DNA from: Planctomycetota bacterium
GTDB lineage: Bacteria > Planctomycetota > UBA1135 > GCA-002686595
Direction of reading: 5' to 3'
DNA: 64,000 nt
Assembly (NCBI GenBank): GCA_036011365.1
Contig: DASCNH010000069.1
Location: 11,467 to 75,466 of the forward strand
Shown here in pieces: positions 18,313 through 29,000 of this stretch (position 1 is its first letter; each line of letters begins with the position of its first letter). Below the pieces are notes generated by a model. It did not search any database. It was not told the origin of the DNA and worked only from the letters and a program-made list of their open reading frames with translations. A program made the position numbers and the translations under genes.

Positions 18313-19341
18313 TCAGCCGCCAATCAGGATGACCGGATCGATTGACTCGTAGGTGGCGCCGATTGATCCGGCGCAGCCCGGATCACAGTAGGAGTCCCAG
18401 TTGGTCTCACAGTCCGCCTCGACAACCTCTCGCACGATGACAGCCCCGTTGCTGGCCACCACAGAAGAACGTTGCTGGCAGATCTCGCCGGCCACCCAGT
18501 CGACGGGGATTTCGTCCTCGCCTCCGGGGGGGATGGGGATGTGAACGTCGTTCGTCCTGCCCCCGGTAGCGCCCGTGCCGCCCTGCAGGGAGGCGGAGGG
18601 AGCCGTGGAAAGGGTGGCGATGCGCAGGCAGATAACGCCGCTGCGATAGGTGAAGTTGGCCGTGGAGGCCACGTCATACTGACTGCTGCCCTGGTAGCCA
18701 AGCATGGCAAAGACCGTTAGCTCGCCCGCACCCTCGATTAAGTCAGGCGTGATGGGCAGGTCCACAAGCAGCACCCCGTCCTGGGCTCCGTGGCCGGGCA
18801 TGATGGTGATCGTGGAGCGGGTGGTCCAGTACTGTGGCGGCAGGTAGAGGAGGCGGCCGTTGAAGAGCACGCCGAAGGAGAGTGTCTTGTTCTCCGTGGT
18901 GCCGTCCGTGAAGTAGATGGCCGCCAGGGCGTGGATCATGTCATCCTCGCCGCGGCCGCTCATGGCCAGGTCGAGTCCGTTCGTGGTGGCCCCGGGTCGA
19001 CCGTAGGAGGCCGTGGGCGAGGAGCCGCGGGCGAACTCCTCCACATCCGAAAAGCCGTCGCCGTCGGTATCCACCAGGTTGGGCGAGGAACCGAGGACGC
19101 CCTCCTGGACGTCTGTCAGGCCGTCACCATCCGTGTCCAGGGCGGGATCAGAGGTGGCCGAGAGGGTCTGGACGGTGGCCAGGGGGCCGCCTTGGTTTCC
19201 GGATGTAGCGGTATCTTCAACCTCAACCGCTGGCAAGGAAGCGAGGGCCGTGATCAGAAGCACTGGGAGGCCCAGACGGCGTAGAACGCCGCCAATCGGT
19301 CCATAAAAAGACCCCAGCGCCTCATGCTGTCGACTCATCAA
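18313..19341 (-). CDS. secreted protein with thrombospondin type-3-like Ca-binding repeats and an uncharacterised C-terminal domain
   Basis: Signal-like RRLGLPVLLITALASLPA, then two DxDxDG repeats (DTDGDGLTDVQE, DTDGDGFSDVEE). The last 35 aa contain 4 Cys (CETNWDSYCDPGC). Confidence 0.7.
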   Translation of the reverse strand: MMSRQHEALGSFYGPIGGVLRRLGLPVLLITALASLPAVEVEDTATSGNQGGPLATVQTLSATSDPALDTDGDGLTDVQEGVLGSSPNLVDTDGDGFSDVEEFARGSSPTASYGRPGATTNGLDLAMSGRGEDDMIHALAAIYFTDGTTENKTLSFGVLFNGRLLYLPPQYWTTRSTITIMPGHGAQDGVLLVDLPITPDLIEGAGELTVFAMLGYQGSSQYDVASTANFTYRSGVICLRIATLSTAPSASLQGGTGATGGRTNDVHIPIPPGGEDEIPVDWVAGEICQQRSSVVASNGAVIVREVVEADCETNWDSYCDPGCAGSIGATYESIDPVILIGG

Positions 19342-19555
19342 GTGGGCTTCTCCGATAGCCTCATGGTAGGGGTATCCGCCCCAGGGTCAAGGTTTCCCGG
19401 CTAGTGGGGGTAAGCGCCCTCCTTCAGGGGTCGTGAGGGCGGTTTCTTCGAAGCGTCAGTTGCCCGGACCGCCAAGAGGGGGCAATCACGGCCCTTTGCC
19501 CGCCGGCTCGGTGGACGGCGGGAGCGGGCGCCGATAGGATCTTCGCCCTTGCGCC

Positions 19556-19632
19556 GCGCCCGTAGCTCAGCTGGATAGAGCGTTCGCCTCCGGAGCGAAA
19601 GGTCACAGGTTCGAATCCTGTCGGGCGTACCA
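19556..19632 (+). tRNA. tRNA-Arg (anticodon CCG), CCA encoded
   Basis: The sequence GCGCCCGTAGCTCAGCTGGATAGAGCGTTCGCCTCCGGAGCGAAAGGTCACAGGTTCGAATCCTGTCGGGCGTACCA folds by hand into a cloverleaf. It has a 7-bp acceptor stem (G1-U72 wobble), anticodon stem TTCGC/GCGAA, loop CTCCGGA and T-arm ACAGG-TTCGAAT-CCTGT. Confidence 0.95.
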
Positions 19633-19736
19633 TTTTGCCCGGCCGAGGTTGATCCAAGCGCATGACCTGGACAGCCTTCGCTCTCTCCGAATCTCACGGA
19701 GTGCCAAGAACGCCCGCCTTGTTTCGTAGCTCCATC

Positions 19737-20243
19737 ATGAAGACGCCTCTCGTTGTTATCGCCTTGGTGACCATGGGCCTGGGAGCAGCCGCCTGGGCCG
19801 CCGTGCTCCTGCTTGCCTCCGTCGTATCACCCCCACTGGAAGATCTGGTCTCCGCTCCGGCCCCGGGCCAGGCGGTGGCCTACATCAGGGCCCATGGTCT
19901 CGGCTCGGGTTATTTCGGCCCACTGCAGGAGTCCCTGTCGCGGGCCATGGAAGGCGCCGCGCTCCCCGACAAACGTATCGACAGCAGCACTTCCCGCCGA
20001 GCGACCTCCTTCTTCGGTGATACCCTCGCCTACTGGGAGCGAGCCTTCCCGGTGGCTGACGATTTCGGCCCGGCAGCGTTACTGGATGGCCTGCAGCCAG
20101 TGTTGGTGAAGGGCGACTGGGCCGTTGGCTCTGTGATCATGGGTATCCGCCACCGGCCCGCCGACCCGGCCCTGCTGGAAACCGGCGTTGAGTTCGATGT
20201 GGGCGGAGCCTTCTTCGTCACCGCTGAAGCCGAAGGCGACTGA
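19737..20243 (+). CDS. hypothetical membrane-anchored/secreted protein (168 aa)
   Basis: The start was moved to ATG 19737, giving MKTPLVVIALVTMGLGAAAWAAVLLLA. No family was recognised. Confidence 0.55.
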   Translation: MKTPLVVIALVTMGLGAAAWAAVLLLASVVSPPLEDLVSAPAPGQAVAYIRAHGLGSGYFGPLQESLSRAMEGAALPDKRIDSSTSRRATSFFGDTLAYWERAFPVADDFGPAALLDGLQPVLVKGDWAVGSVIMGIRHRPADPALLETGVEFDVGGAFFVTAEAEGD

Positions 20244-20329
20244 CCCTAGCCCCCATTCGTCAAGAGCCATCACCCCCGAGCGCGCCACTGGCTTGCACGC
20301 TCTGGGGTGAAGTCCTGTGGTGACGCGCG

Positions 20330-21502
20330 CTAGCGCGGCAGGCCGGGCCACCTCGCCAGGGCTTCGGCCACCGTGGCGGCCGCAGCGCCCTGGCCCGCCG
20401 GCGACCAGTGGAAGTCACCCGCCAGGTGAAAGGCCCAGTCGCCGCCCTCGACACTGAGGGTCTCGAACAAATCAGTGTGAGCAATACTCGCCCGCTCCAG
20501 GGCCAGGGCCAGGGAGGCGGTCAGGGCCTTCGGCTCGTAGGCCGGGTAGAGGGAGTCGTCCACGGTCACCGGGTGGGAGCGCGCCGCGTCGATGGCAGAG
20601 GGAATCACCACGACGAAAAGTGGCAGCTGGCGCTCGGTGCAGACCTCCTTGAAGCGGGCCAAGAGGGCCGCCATGAGGCGCCGCTTGTGCGTCGCGCTGG
20701 CGGAGGCCGGCTCCAGGGCCAGATCCGCGTCCCAGTAGTCCTCGAAGAGCGCTTGCACCACCGGGTTTCCCGGTCCGCTGGCCGCCAGGTGCTCCGCCCG
20801 GGCCGCGCGCAGGTACCAGGTCAGGTAGGGCGCGTCCCGGGTTGTTTCAGCCCGCGGGCTCGCTGCGAAAAGGCGCGGGAGGGCCCAGCCTCCTTCACCC
20901 GCCGTGCGCACCTGCTCCTCCCGCACCAGCTCAGGTGAGAGTGTCGGGGCCTGGCGCCGCAGTCCCCCGGCGGCATCGAGCTCAAACAGACGGTTGCGCA
21001 CCAGGTCCCCGTGGTCGTTGTGTGCGCACAGGCACAGGACCACGAACTCGGGGGCGAGCTCGCCACACTCCCGCTCGAACTTGAGTAACGCCTGGTCGGG
21101 GCCGTAGCCCGTCACTCCGGCGTTGAGCGCCTCCACCGGGCGGCCCAGGCGTTGGCCGAGCTCGCGGCCTAGGACTTGGACAAAGGTATCCTCTTCCCGC
21201 GTGTTCCCGGCGAACACAAAGGAGTCGCCATAGACCGCCAGGCGCAACCGTTCACCCCGTGGACCGAGCTCCTCGCCCCGCAGGCCATGGGAGTTTGTGC
21301 GCAGGTGAATCCAATCCCCCCCGTTGGCTTCAGCCAGGACCAGCAGCGAGTGCGCGTCTCGGCGATTGGTATGGAGCAGGACTTCGTCCAGGCGCACCAG
21401 CGGCGCCCCGAGGGGGAGCCACCGGGAACAGGCGAACTCCGCCAGTAGTAGGCCGGCCGCCGCAGCCAGGGCGAAGAGGACCAGCCGACGCAGCCAGGAC
21501 AT
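20330..21502 (-). CDS. membrane-anchored SGNH/GDSL-like hydrolase
   Basis: N-terminal TM helix, block I LAVYGDSFVFAG, block II NAGVTGYG, CAHNDHGD, and C-terminal GDFHWSPAG. It lies 5 nt downstream of the GT4 gene. Confidence 0.75.
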   Translation of the reverse strand: MSWLRRLVLFALAAAAGLLLAEFACSRWLPLGAPLVRLDEVLLHTNRRDAHSLLVLAEANGGDWIHLRTNSHGLRGEELGPRGERLRLAVYGDSFVFAGNTREEDTFVQVLGRELGQRLGRPVEALNAGVTGYGPDQALLKFERECGELAPEFVVLCLCAHNDHGDLVRNRLFELDAAGGLRRQAPTLSPELVREEQVRTAGEGGWALPRLFAASPRAETTRDAPYLTWYLRAARAEHLAASGPGNPVVQALFEDYWDADLALEPASASATHKRRLMAALLARFKEVCTERQLPLFVVVIPSAIDAARSHPVTVDDSLYPAYEPKALTASLALALERASIAHTDLFETLSVEGGDWAFHLAGDFHWSPAGQGAAAATVAEALARWPGLPR

Positions 21503-21507
21503 GGCGC

Positions 21508-22677
21508 CTACTTGCCCGCTGCTTCCCGCAGGACTTCCTCGACCCGCGAGAAGGTTGTTGTGCGGTCAAAGCGTTTTGTGCGCGCCAGGCTCTCCCGCAC
21601 GAATGCCTCCCGCTCTTCCGGAGATGACAACATGCGCGTCAGCGCCTCGCGCAGGGTGCCATGGTCATAGGGGTCAACGAGCAGCCCGTTGACGCCGTCC
21701 TCTACCACTTCCGGGTTGCCGCACACTCCGCTGGCGATCATCGGCGTTCCCAGGTGCAGGGCTTCAAGCAGCGTATGAGAGAGGCCCTCGTATTCAGAGT
21801 TCAGCACGAAGGCGCTGCTGGCGCGCATGTAGAGGGGAATCTTCTCATAGGGCACATTTCCCAGGAAGATCGCCCGCTCCCCGAGGCCTAGCTCGTGGGC
21901 CAACTGCCGCCAGGGTTCCAACATGTCACCATCCCCGGCCACCAGCAGGCGTGTGTCTGCGAGCTCCCCGGGCAGCTCCGCCAGGGCACGCAGGATGCCG
22001 TCCACTCGCTTCCAACCCATCAGGCGGCAGACGGTCAAGATGTAGTGCGGTCCTTCTTCCAGGCCCAGGGCTGCTCTCGCCTGGCGCGGTGATTCCTGGA
22101 CCTCGTCGACACACGGTCCGTGGTAGGCATTGTGGATGCGCAGCACCTTCTCCCCGGACACGGAATAGCTGTTCATCAGGATGCCGCGCAGGAAGTCCGA
22201 GCAGGCGATGATGCGTGAACACCTGGCCCACCAGCGCTTTTGCAGGAAGCGCGCCAGGCCGACGCGCCAGCCGTAGCGCTTGCCCTGATAGGTGACGATG
22301 TCATCGCCCGCGCACCACCCCTTGCGGTGGGAGATTTCCCAGGAACCGTCCACCATGATGCGGATCACAACCGGTTTCCGCCGCAGGCGCGCGGCCAGCA
22401 CGTGCAGCAGGGCCAGGTGCTCGTTGACGTAGATGACATCCGCCCAGGGTGCGGTGCGCCAGACAGCCACAAAGGCGCGCAGGTAGCGCCCGAGCATGCT
22501 GCCGCCCCAGATCGCTTGCACTGGGAAGGGAAAGCCCTGGGGGTCCGGGTCCGAGCAAAAAGCAATCACGCGCACCTCGTGCCCGCGCTCCACCAGGAAA
22601 CGGCCAACGCTCGGCACATAGGTCGCCGGTCCACCGAGGTCCGGCGGAAAGACGGGTGTGGTCAGGAGAACGCGCAT
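21508..22677 (-). CDS. GT4-family (GT-B fold) glycosyltransferase
   Basis: MRVLLTTPVFPPDLGGPATYV...ERGHEVRVIAF at the N-terminus. The C-terminal EX7E-type region is SEYEGLSHTLLEALHLGTPMIASGVCGNPEVVEDGVNGLLV. Confidence 0.85.
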   Translation of the reverse strand: MRVLLTTPVFPPDLGGPATYVPSVGRFLVERGHEVRVIAFCSDPDPQGFPFPVQAIWGGSMLGRYLRAFVAVWRTAPWADVIYVNEHLALLHVLAARLRRKPVVIRIMVDGSWEISHRKGWCAGDDIVTYQGKRYGWRVGLARFLQKRWWARCSRIIACSDFLRGILMNSYSVSGEKVLRIHNAYHGPCVDEVQESPRQARAALGLEEGPHYILTVCRLMGWKRVDGILRALAELPGELADTRLLVAGDGDMLEPWRQLAHELGLGERAIFLGNVPYEKIPLYMRASSAFVLNSEYEGLSHTLLEALHLGTPMIASGVCGNPEVVEDGVNGLLVDPYDHGTLREALTRMLSSPEEREAFVRESLARTKRFDRTTTFSRVEEVLREAAGK

Positions 22678-22725
22678 CGCTCGGCCCTATTATCGGTAAC
22701 GGGGCGCCCCCCCTGTACGCTCGCT

Positions 22726-24201
22726 TCAGACCGGCAACTTGTCGCCGTGGGAGATGCGTTCGTCGGCGATGGCGGCCATGCGCTCGGCGGTGATGTCCCC
22801 GGTGGGATATTCCCCAGTAAAACAGGCGTTGCAGAAAACCTCGATCTTCGGGTTGCCGCAGCGCGCTGCCTCGTTCATGGCCGGCCGTTCAAGGTACATC
22901 ATGTGATCCACACCCAGGGATTCAGCGATCTCCTCCACGGTCCTGTCCGTGGCCACGAACTCGCGCTTGCTGGCCATGTCGATGCCATAGGGGCAGGGCG
23001 CCACCAGCGGCGGGCTGTGCGACGCCAGGTAGACCTCTTCAGCGCCGGCCTCGCGCACCATCTCGACAATGCGCCGGGCCGTGTTGCCGCGCACCACCGA
23101 GTCATCCACCAGCAGCACCTTCTTGCCCTCGAACTCGATGGGAATCGGGTTCAGCTTGCGGCGGATCGAGCGTCGCCGACTCGTTTGGTTAGGCATGATA
23201 AAGGTGCGCCCGATGTAGCGGTTCTTCACCAGGCCCTCGCGGTAGGGCACGCCCATGGCCAAGGCCATGGCCAGGGCCGCGTCCCGGGACGAGTCCGGGA
23301 TCGGGATGATCGAGTCCGGCCGGGGCGCGCCGGCCGCCAGCCACTGCTGGGCCAGGGCCTCACCGAAGCGGCCGCGCGTCTTGTAGACAGAGATGTCATC
23401 CAGGAAGGAGTCGGGGCGTGAGAAGTAGACGAGCTCGAAGATGCAGGGCCGGTGGGGCTTGTCCGCCAGGCGCCTGGTGGTGACCTCCGCATCAAAGGAA
23501 ACGAAGATGGCTTCACCGGCACCCACATCGTGGGTGCGCTTGTAGCCGGCCACATCCAGCACAACACTCTCGGAGGCACAGGCAAACCACTCGCCCTCCT
23601 CGGTGGTCTTCTGGCCGAAGCAGATGGGCTTGATGCCATAGGGATCGCGGAAGGCCACCATGCCCAGGTCCGGAATGGTGGCAACCACGGAGTAGGCGCC
23701 GCGCACCTGGCGGTAGACCTCCTCCACGGCGAAGAAGACATCGTCCATGCCGATGGACGAGCCGACGCGCACGCGCTCGTTCAGGGCCTTGGTGAAAACG
23801 AAGAGGATGATCTCCAGGTCACAGGAGGAGTTCAGGCGGATGCCGCTCTTGCGAAAGTGCTTCTCGGTCAGCTCGGCGAAGTTGGAGACATTCCCGTTGT
23901 GGGCCATGGCCACGCCGATGGGGAAGGTCAGGTGGAAGGGCTGGGCATCGTCGCCGGTGCCCGTGCCCACGGTGGGATAGCGCACATGGCCGACGCCCAG
24001 GTTGCCACGCAGGCGCGCCATATTTCCGGCGCTGAAGACATCGCGCACCATGCCGAAGCCCTTTTTCACATGGAAGGCATCCGTGAAGGTGATCATGCCT
24101 GCCGCATCCTGGCCCCGGTGCTGCACGGCCAGAAGGCCCTCGTAGATCTCCGGGGCCACATCCGTGCCTTCGGGGCCGAAGATGCCGATAAATCCGCACA
24201 T
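22726..24201 (-). CDS. purF: amidophosphoribosyltransferase
   Basis: N-terminal MCGFIGIFG (Ntn Cys), LLAVQHRGQDAAG, PRT motif VLLVDDSVVRGNTARRI, and C-terminal Cys ligands. Confidence 0.95.
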   Translation of the reverse strand: MCGFIGIFGPEGTDVAPEIYEGLLAVQHRGQDAAGMITFTDAFHVKKGFGMVRDVFSAGNMARLRGNLGVGHVRYPTVGTGTGDDAQPFHLTFPIGVAMAHNGNVSNFAELTEKHFRKSGIRLNSSCDLEIILFVFTKALNERVRVGSSIGMDDVFFAVEEVYRQVRGAYSVVATIPDLGMVAFRDPYGIKPICFGQKTTEEGEWFACASESVVLDVAGYKRTHDVGAGEAIFVSFDAEVTTRRLADKPHRPCIFELVYFSRPDSFLDDISVYKTRGRFGEALAQQWLAAGAPRPDSIIPIPDSSRDAALAMALAMGVPYREGLVKNRYIGRTFIMPNQTSRRRSIRRKLNPIPIEFEGKKVLLVDDSVVRGNTARRIVEMVREAGAEEVYLASHSPPLVAPCPYGIDMASKREFVATDRTVEEIAESLGVDHMMYLERPAMNEAARCGNPKIEVFCNACFTGEYPTGDITAERMAAIADERISHGDKLPV

Positions 24202-24330
24202 GGTTGGTCGCTGCTGCTGCTTAGTTTGGCCTCGATTGCGGCCTTCTCGGCCGCCTTCACCGGGCGTGGCCCGACAGGGTAGAACGCCCGCGGGTCCCGG
24301 GCAACCCGTGGGTGCTTCCCAGCCCCCCTC

Positions 24331-25239
24331 TCAGCTCTCAACCACCCTCTCGGCCTGCTCGCTGACCAGGCGGCCAAAGGCCACGCCCAGGCGAGCGGTC
24401 AGCGGTCCGGGAGCCCGGCCGGCGCCGATGGTCCGCCCGTCTATCCGGCTGACCGCCGCCAGCTCCCCCATGGTGCCCGTGCAGAAGACCTCCTCCGCCC
24501 GGTAGAACTCTGCCAGGGAAAGGTCCGCCTGGCGCACCTCCAACCCCTCGGCGACACACAGCTCGAGCACGGCCGCCCGCGTGATGCCCTCCGGGCAGGC
24601 GCTGCCGGTGGGCGTGGCCAGGGCGCCCCCGTCCACCAGAAACAGGTGTGTGGCGTTGGTCTCGGCCACGAACCCGCGCCGGTCGAGCATGATGGCATCG
24701 TCCGCTCCGGCCGCATTGGCCTCAATCTTGGCCAGGATTGACTGGAGCAGGTTGGCGTGGTGGATCTTGGGGTCCAGGCAATCCGGTGGGAAGCGGCGCA
24801 CGGAGCTGGTGATGAGCTCCAGCCCGCTGCGCTCGTAGACCGGATCCTTGTATTCGGCCAGCACGATCAGCGTCGGGCCGGACTGGTTCAGGCGCGGGTC
24901 CATGCCGGACGTGAGCTTCTCTCCGCGGGTCAGGGTCAGCCGAATGTGGACGCCGTCTTGCATATCGTTGGCCTCCAGGGTCGCACCCAGGGCCGCGCGC
25001 AGTTGTGCGTGGCTGGGGATCTCGCCGAAGGCCAGGGCCTGGGCCGAGGAGCGCAGGCGGTCCAGGTGTTCTGTCAGCCGGAAGATGCGCCCGGCGTAGA
25101 GGCGCAGCCCTTCCCACACCGCATCGCCCCCTTGGACAGCCGAGTCGAAGGGGCTGATGCGAGCCGCGTCTCGATGCACGAGCTCGCCGTTTATGTTGAC
25201 TAGCAGGTCGCGGTTTTTCTCATTGAACTTCTGCAGCAC
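24331..25239 (-). CDS. fold-type IV PLP aminotransferase (BCAT / D-amino-acid aminotransferase / ADC-lyase family)
   Basis: GTG start preceded by GGAGGTG. Motifs include SPFDSAVQGGDAVWEGLR, ETNATHLFLVDGGALATP..CPEGITRAAVLEL, EVFCTGT. Confidence 0.85.
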   Translation of the reverse strand: MLQKFNEKNRDLLVNINGELVHRDAARISPFDSAVQGGDAVWEGLRLYAGRIFRLTEHLDRLRSSAQALAFGEIPSHAQLRAALGATLEANDMQDGVHIRLTLTRGEKLTSGMDPRLNQSGPTLIVLAEYKDPVYERSGLELITSSVRRFPPDCLDPKIHHANLLQSILAKIEANAAGADDAIMLDRRGFVAETNATHLFLVDGGALATPTGSACPEGITRAAVLELCVAEGLEVRQADLSLAEFYRAEEVFCTGTMGELAAVSRIDGRTIGAGRAPGPLTARLGVAFGRLVSEQAERVVES

Positions 25240-25253
25240 GAATCACCTCCGGG

Positions 25254-26036
25254 TCAGGGTTTGAGTTTGTGGGAGGCGAGCTCCGCATGAAAGGGCTGGC
25301 ATTCATCGAGGACGCCGCGCAGCTCCTCGGGGAACTCCCGCGGCCGGCCGTCGCGGGGCGCGGCGAAGCCCGTCGTGGCGTAGACCTCGCCGTACCAGCG
25401 CGGGCCCCAGACACCGTCTGTCGCCCGCGCTCCCTGGGCCCAGGCCAGCATGGCCGGGTCAAAGGAAATGTCCAGAGCAGCACACAGGGCCTCCAGCATG
25501 CGGCGCGGCTCGGCCAGCAGGTCGGCGCTGTCGATCACCGGCGGCAGGCAGCCGCGGCGTTCGGTCTCCCGGCGCAGGATCTCCACCTGTTGCGAGAGGC
25601 CCGTGTCCGCCACTGTGATGTGCGTCAGATGGCAGTCGAGGGAGGCCAGGACCGCCGCCGGATCGCGGATCAAGAAGGCGCTGCGCACGGCGTCGAGCCA
25701 GGCGCGGGGAACGCTGGGAAGCAGGTGGTGCGCCATGTGCTTCTGGTAGGAGATGGTGCGCCCCTCCGGCAGCGGCCCCAGCAGACCGGCGGCGATCGCC
25801 CCAGCGTCCGTCTCTGCGTGGGCCAGGATCTCCTCCCTGCCCGGGTGCTCGCGGCCACTTTGCGCCAGGTAGTGCCCGTAGAAGGGCTCGTCCACCACCG
25901 CCGTGTCGGCGCGGCTGCCGAAGGAGCGCATCAAAGCTGTGGACAGGTTGCGCGGGCCTGACCACAGAGCTATGCGCGCCGCCCGTGAACTCCCGCTGGC
26001 AGCCCCTCGGGCTCCGGCCTGACCGCTCTCTTTCAC
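25254..26036 (-). CDS. sulfotransferase-like (P-loop-like) domain protein of unknown function
   Basis: [36 protein letters not shown]...[10 protein letters not shown] matches, from memory, the sulfotransferase-like domain family. It has a GTGA overlap with the upstream gene and is 14 nt from the downstream aminotransferase. Confidence 0.6.
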   Translation of the reverse strand: MKESGQAGARGAASGSSRAARIALWSGPRNLSTALMRSFGSRADTAVVDEPFYGHYLAQSGREHPGREEILAHAETDAGAIAAGLLGPLPEGRTISYQKHMAHHLLPSVPRAWLDAVRSAFLIRDPAAVLASLDCHLTHITVADTGLSQQVEILRRETERRGCLPPVIDSADLLAEPRRMLEALCAALDISFDPAMLAWAQGARATDGVWGPRWYGEVYATTGFAAPRDGRPREFPEELRGVLDECQPFHAELASHKLKP

Positions 26037-29000
26037 CAGCCCGCCGCTCGCAGGTAGGGTTCAACCACCTCCGCCAGGGAGCGGGCCGCAACAGCTACCC
26101 CTGCGGCGGTCCAAGGCCGCTCCTCGTGGCCGCTGAGCATGGCGAGCGCGGGGCTCTCCGAATCCGGGGCCTGTTGAGCCTCGCTCAGGGGCACAAAGAG
26201 GTTTGCCACCTTGAACTGGTTGCGCAGGCAGGTCTTGGTCAGGGTTTCGCTGATGCGGTTGGAGCGATAGCGCTTCCTGGCCGTGGCACCCAGAGCTGCG
26301 GCCCGTGGCTTCTCCAGGTCGATCACCGATGGCACGACGCAGCCCACCAGGGGCACCTCGAGAGCGGCGGCCAGGCGCTTGGCGCGCCCCACTAATCGAT
26401 CGAGCAGAATCTGCTTGGCGTTGACCGGGGGCGATCCGCCGGAGCAGGCCGCATCCGCATCCCAGGGGTCGTTGAGGAAGGGGCGCACCCGGTTGTCGCC
26501 GCTCTCCCAGGCAACGAACTCACCCCGGGCGGCGGCGATCAGGCCGGCGATGGCGGGCGTGTCCTTCGGGGTGTCGCCCGGGCCAAGCTTCCCCTCCCCG
26601 CCCGATTCCGCGCGCAACAACTCCTCTATGTCGCCCTCCAGCTCCCAGGCATTGCGTTCGAGGTTGTTGTGCTCGTCGGTGCGGAAGATGCGGTTGCGTA
26701 GGCCGTCGCCCAGGTCGTTGTGCCCATTGAGCACCAGCACAGCCACGTCCGGTGCCAAGAGAGCCAACTCCTCCTCCATTGTGAGCACGGCCTGGTCGGT
26801 GCCGTAGCCGCGCTCCCCGCGACTGAGTACCTCCAAGGTCAACGCCTTCTCGTTCGCAGTCTCAGCCGCACCGTCGGCGGCGGCGCCGCGGGCCAGGCGC
26901 TCGTCGAGGGCTTTACCGAGGGCCGTCGCCAGCTCTCCTCCGGCCACTAGCTCGTCGCCCCAGATGACCACGCGCAGGACACCCTCTCCCGCCGGCCCGG
27001 GATCCGGCGGCGCCTTCCCGAGGTGGTAGAGCAGGCCCGCCTGCCGCGCCGCTTCCAGCACCGTCTGGGAGGCGCTGGGGTCCGGTGGCGGGAAGAAGTT
27101 CGGGCCCAACGGGTCGTACCCCTGGCCGCCGAAGAGGCCCACGCCAGACGGCTGGGGCGCGGGGGCAGCCTCGGACGGCGCTCCACCTGGGGGGTCGTCC
27201 TCTTCCCGAGCGCCCTCCGCGCCACTGTCACAGGGCTCGGTCTCTCCGCCAGTTGCGCCATGCCCGCTCCCCTTCCCCCCGTCTCTATCGGTCCCCTCAG
27301 CCCCAGCGGCCGCGGGCCGCAGTAGAAGCGGGGCCTCGCAGACCCCCTCGAAACACACAAAGGCCGCCGGGATTCCGTGTCTGGCGCGCTTGCCGGCGGC
27401 GGCTGGCAGCAGCTTCTCCAGCGTCGGCGAACCATCTGCGGGCAGGGCACAGATAACCCGGTGGGGCGGCCACTGGGTGCGGGCGGCGCGCAGGTAGTCC
27501 GCCACGGCGTGGCCGCCCGGGCCGTCCTCTCCGGCCACAAAGATCTCCGGCGGACGACTCTCCAGAAACTCCAGCACCAGGAGCAGTTGACAGAAACCCA
27601 CCGGGTAGCGGGCCAGTTCGCTGGCATGCGAGGCCAGGGCGTCCCGGGACCGCTGTACTCCGGCGCTATCACCGGTCAAGAGGCCGAGGCGGGCGGCATT
27701 CATGGCCGCCACACCGATGTCGCTGGGCAGGGATGATTCCTGGGCCGAGTTGGTGCGCACGGGCAAGCGTTCGCCATCATCGGCCACGCTGAACCAGGCC
27801 CCGGAGAGCGGGTCGGCAAAGTGCTGCTCGATCAGGCCCTGCAGCTTCAGGGCGGCCGCGATCCAGCGTGGATCGGGGTCCGCCTCAAAGAGGTCGATCA
27901 GGCCAGCCGTGACGAAGGCGTAGTCTTCGAGGTACCCAGCCAGATGGCTGTGGCCGTTACGTCTGGTGCGGTAGAGGCGGCCGTTCTCGTCGCGCATGGA
28001 GTTCAGCAGGAAACTCCCATTCGCCCGCGCCGCCTCCAGGTAGCGCTCTTCGCCGAAGACCGTCGCTGCCCGGGCAAAGGCACTCAACATGAGCCCGTTC
28101 CAGGAGGCCAGGACCTTGTCATCGAGCAGGGGGTGAATGCGTTTTTCGCGTTCCCTGTAGAGCTTGGCCCGCGCACGCTCAAGGGCTGCGCCGACCTCTT
28201 CAACTGTCTTTCCCGTGCGCGCCGCGACCTCTGCGGGAATGGTGCGCGCGGTCAGTATGTTGTGCCCCTCAAAGTTGCCGCGCTCGGTGACACCCCAGTA
28301 GAGCTCAGCCGCCTGGGCGTCAGCCCCGCACACCTCGCGCAACTCCTTCAGGCTCCAGACAAAGAACTTGCCCTCCTCGCCCTCGGAGTCCGCGTCCGTC
28401 GTCGAGTAGAAGCCGCCCTCGGGGCTCGTCATCTCGCGCAGGACGTAGTCGAGGGTCTCGCGGGCGATGCGCTCGTAAAATGCGTCACCCGTTGCCTGGT
28501 GGGCCTCCATGTAGAGGGCCGCCAGCTGCGAGTTGTCATAGAGCATCTTCTCAAAGTGCGGAGCCGTCCAGTTGCGGTCCGTGGAGTAGCGCGCGAACCC
28601 GCCGGCCAACTGATCGTAAATCCCGCCGGCCGCCATGGCGCGCAGGGTGTGTTCGACAATCTCCAGGGCCTCCGCCGAGCCCGTGCGCGCGCCGTAGCGC
28701 AGCAAAAAGACGAGCTCGGTCACATGGGGAAACTTGGGCGCGTAGGACGGCGGCGAGCCGAAGCCGCCGCTCTCCTTGTCATAGTGGCGCAAGGACATGG
28801 CCAGGCCCGCGTCAGAAACAGCCAGGCTCACAGGCTGTGTGCTGCGCTGACGATCGCTCTCCGCGCGCAGGAGCGCGACAAGTTTCTCGCCGGCTTCCTC
28901 AGCGGCGCTCCGCTGTTCCGTCCACAGGGTGTGTACGTGCTCCAAGACGCGCTTGAAGCCCACGCCGCGACCGCTGTCGTAGGGCGGGAAGTAGGTGCCT

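Noticed and set aside
19556-20329. tRNA-Arg considered as an integration site for a genomic island.
   Set aside because: There is no integrase and no direct repeat of the tRNA 3' end that I could find. Only one small hypothetical gene lies before ordinary envelope genes resume.
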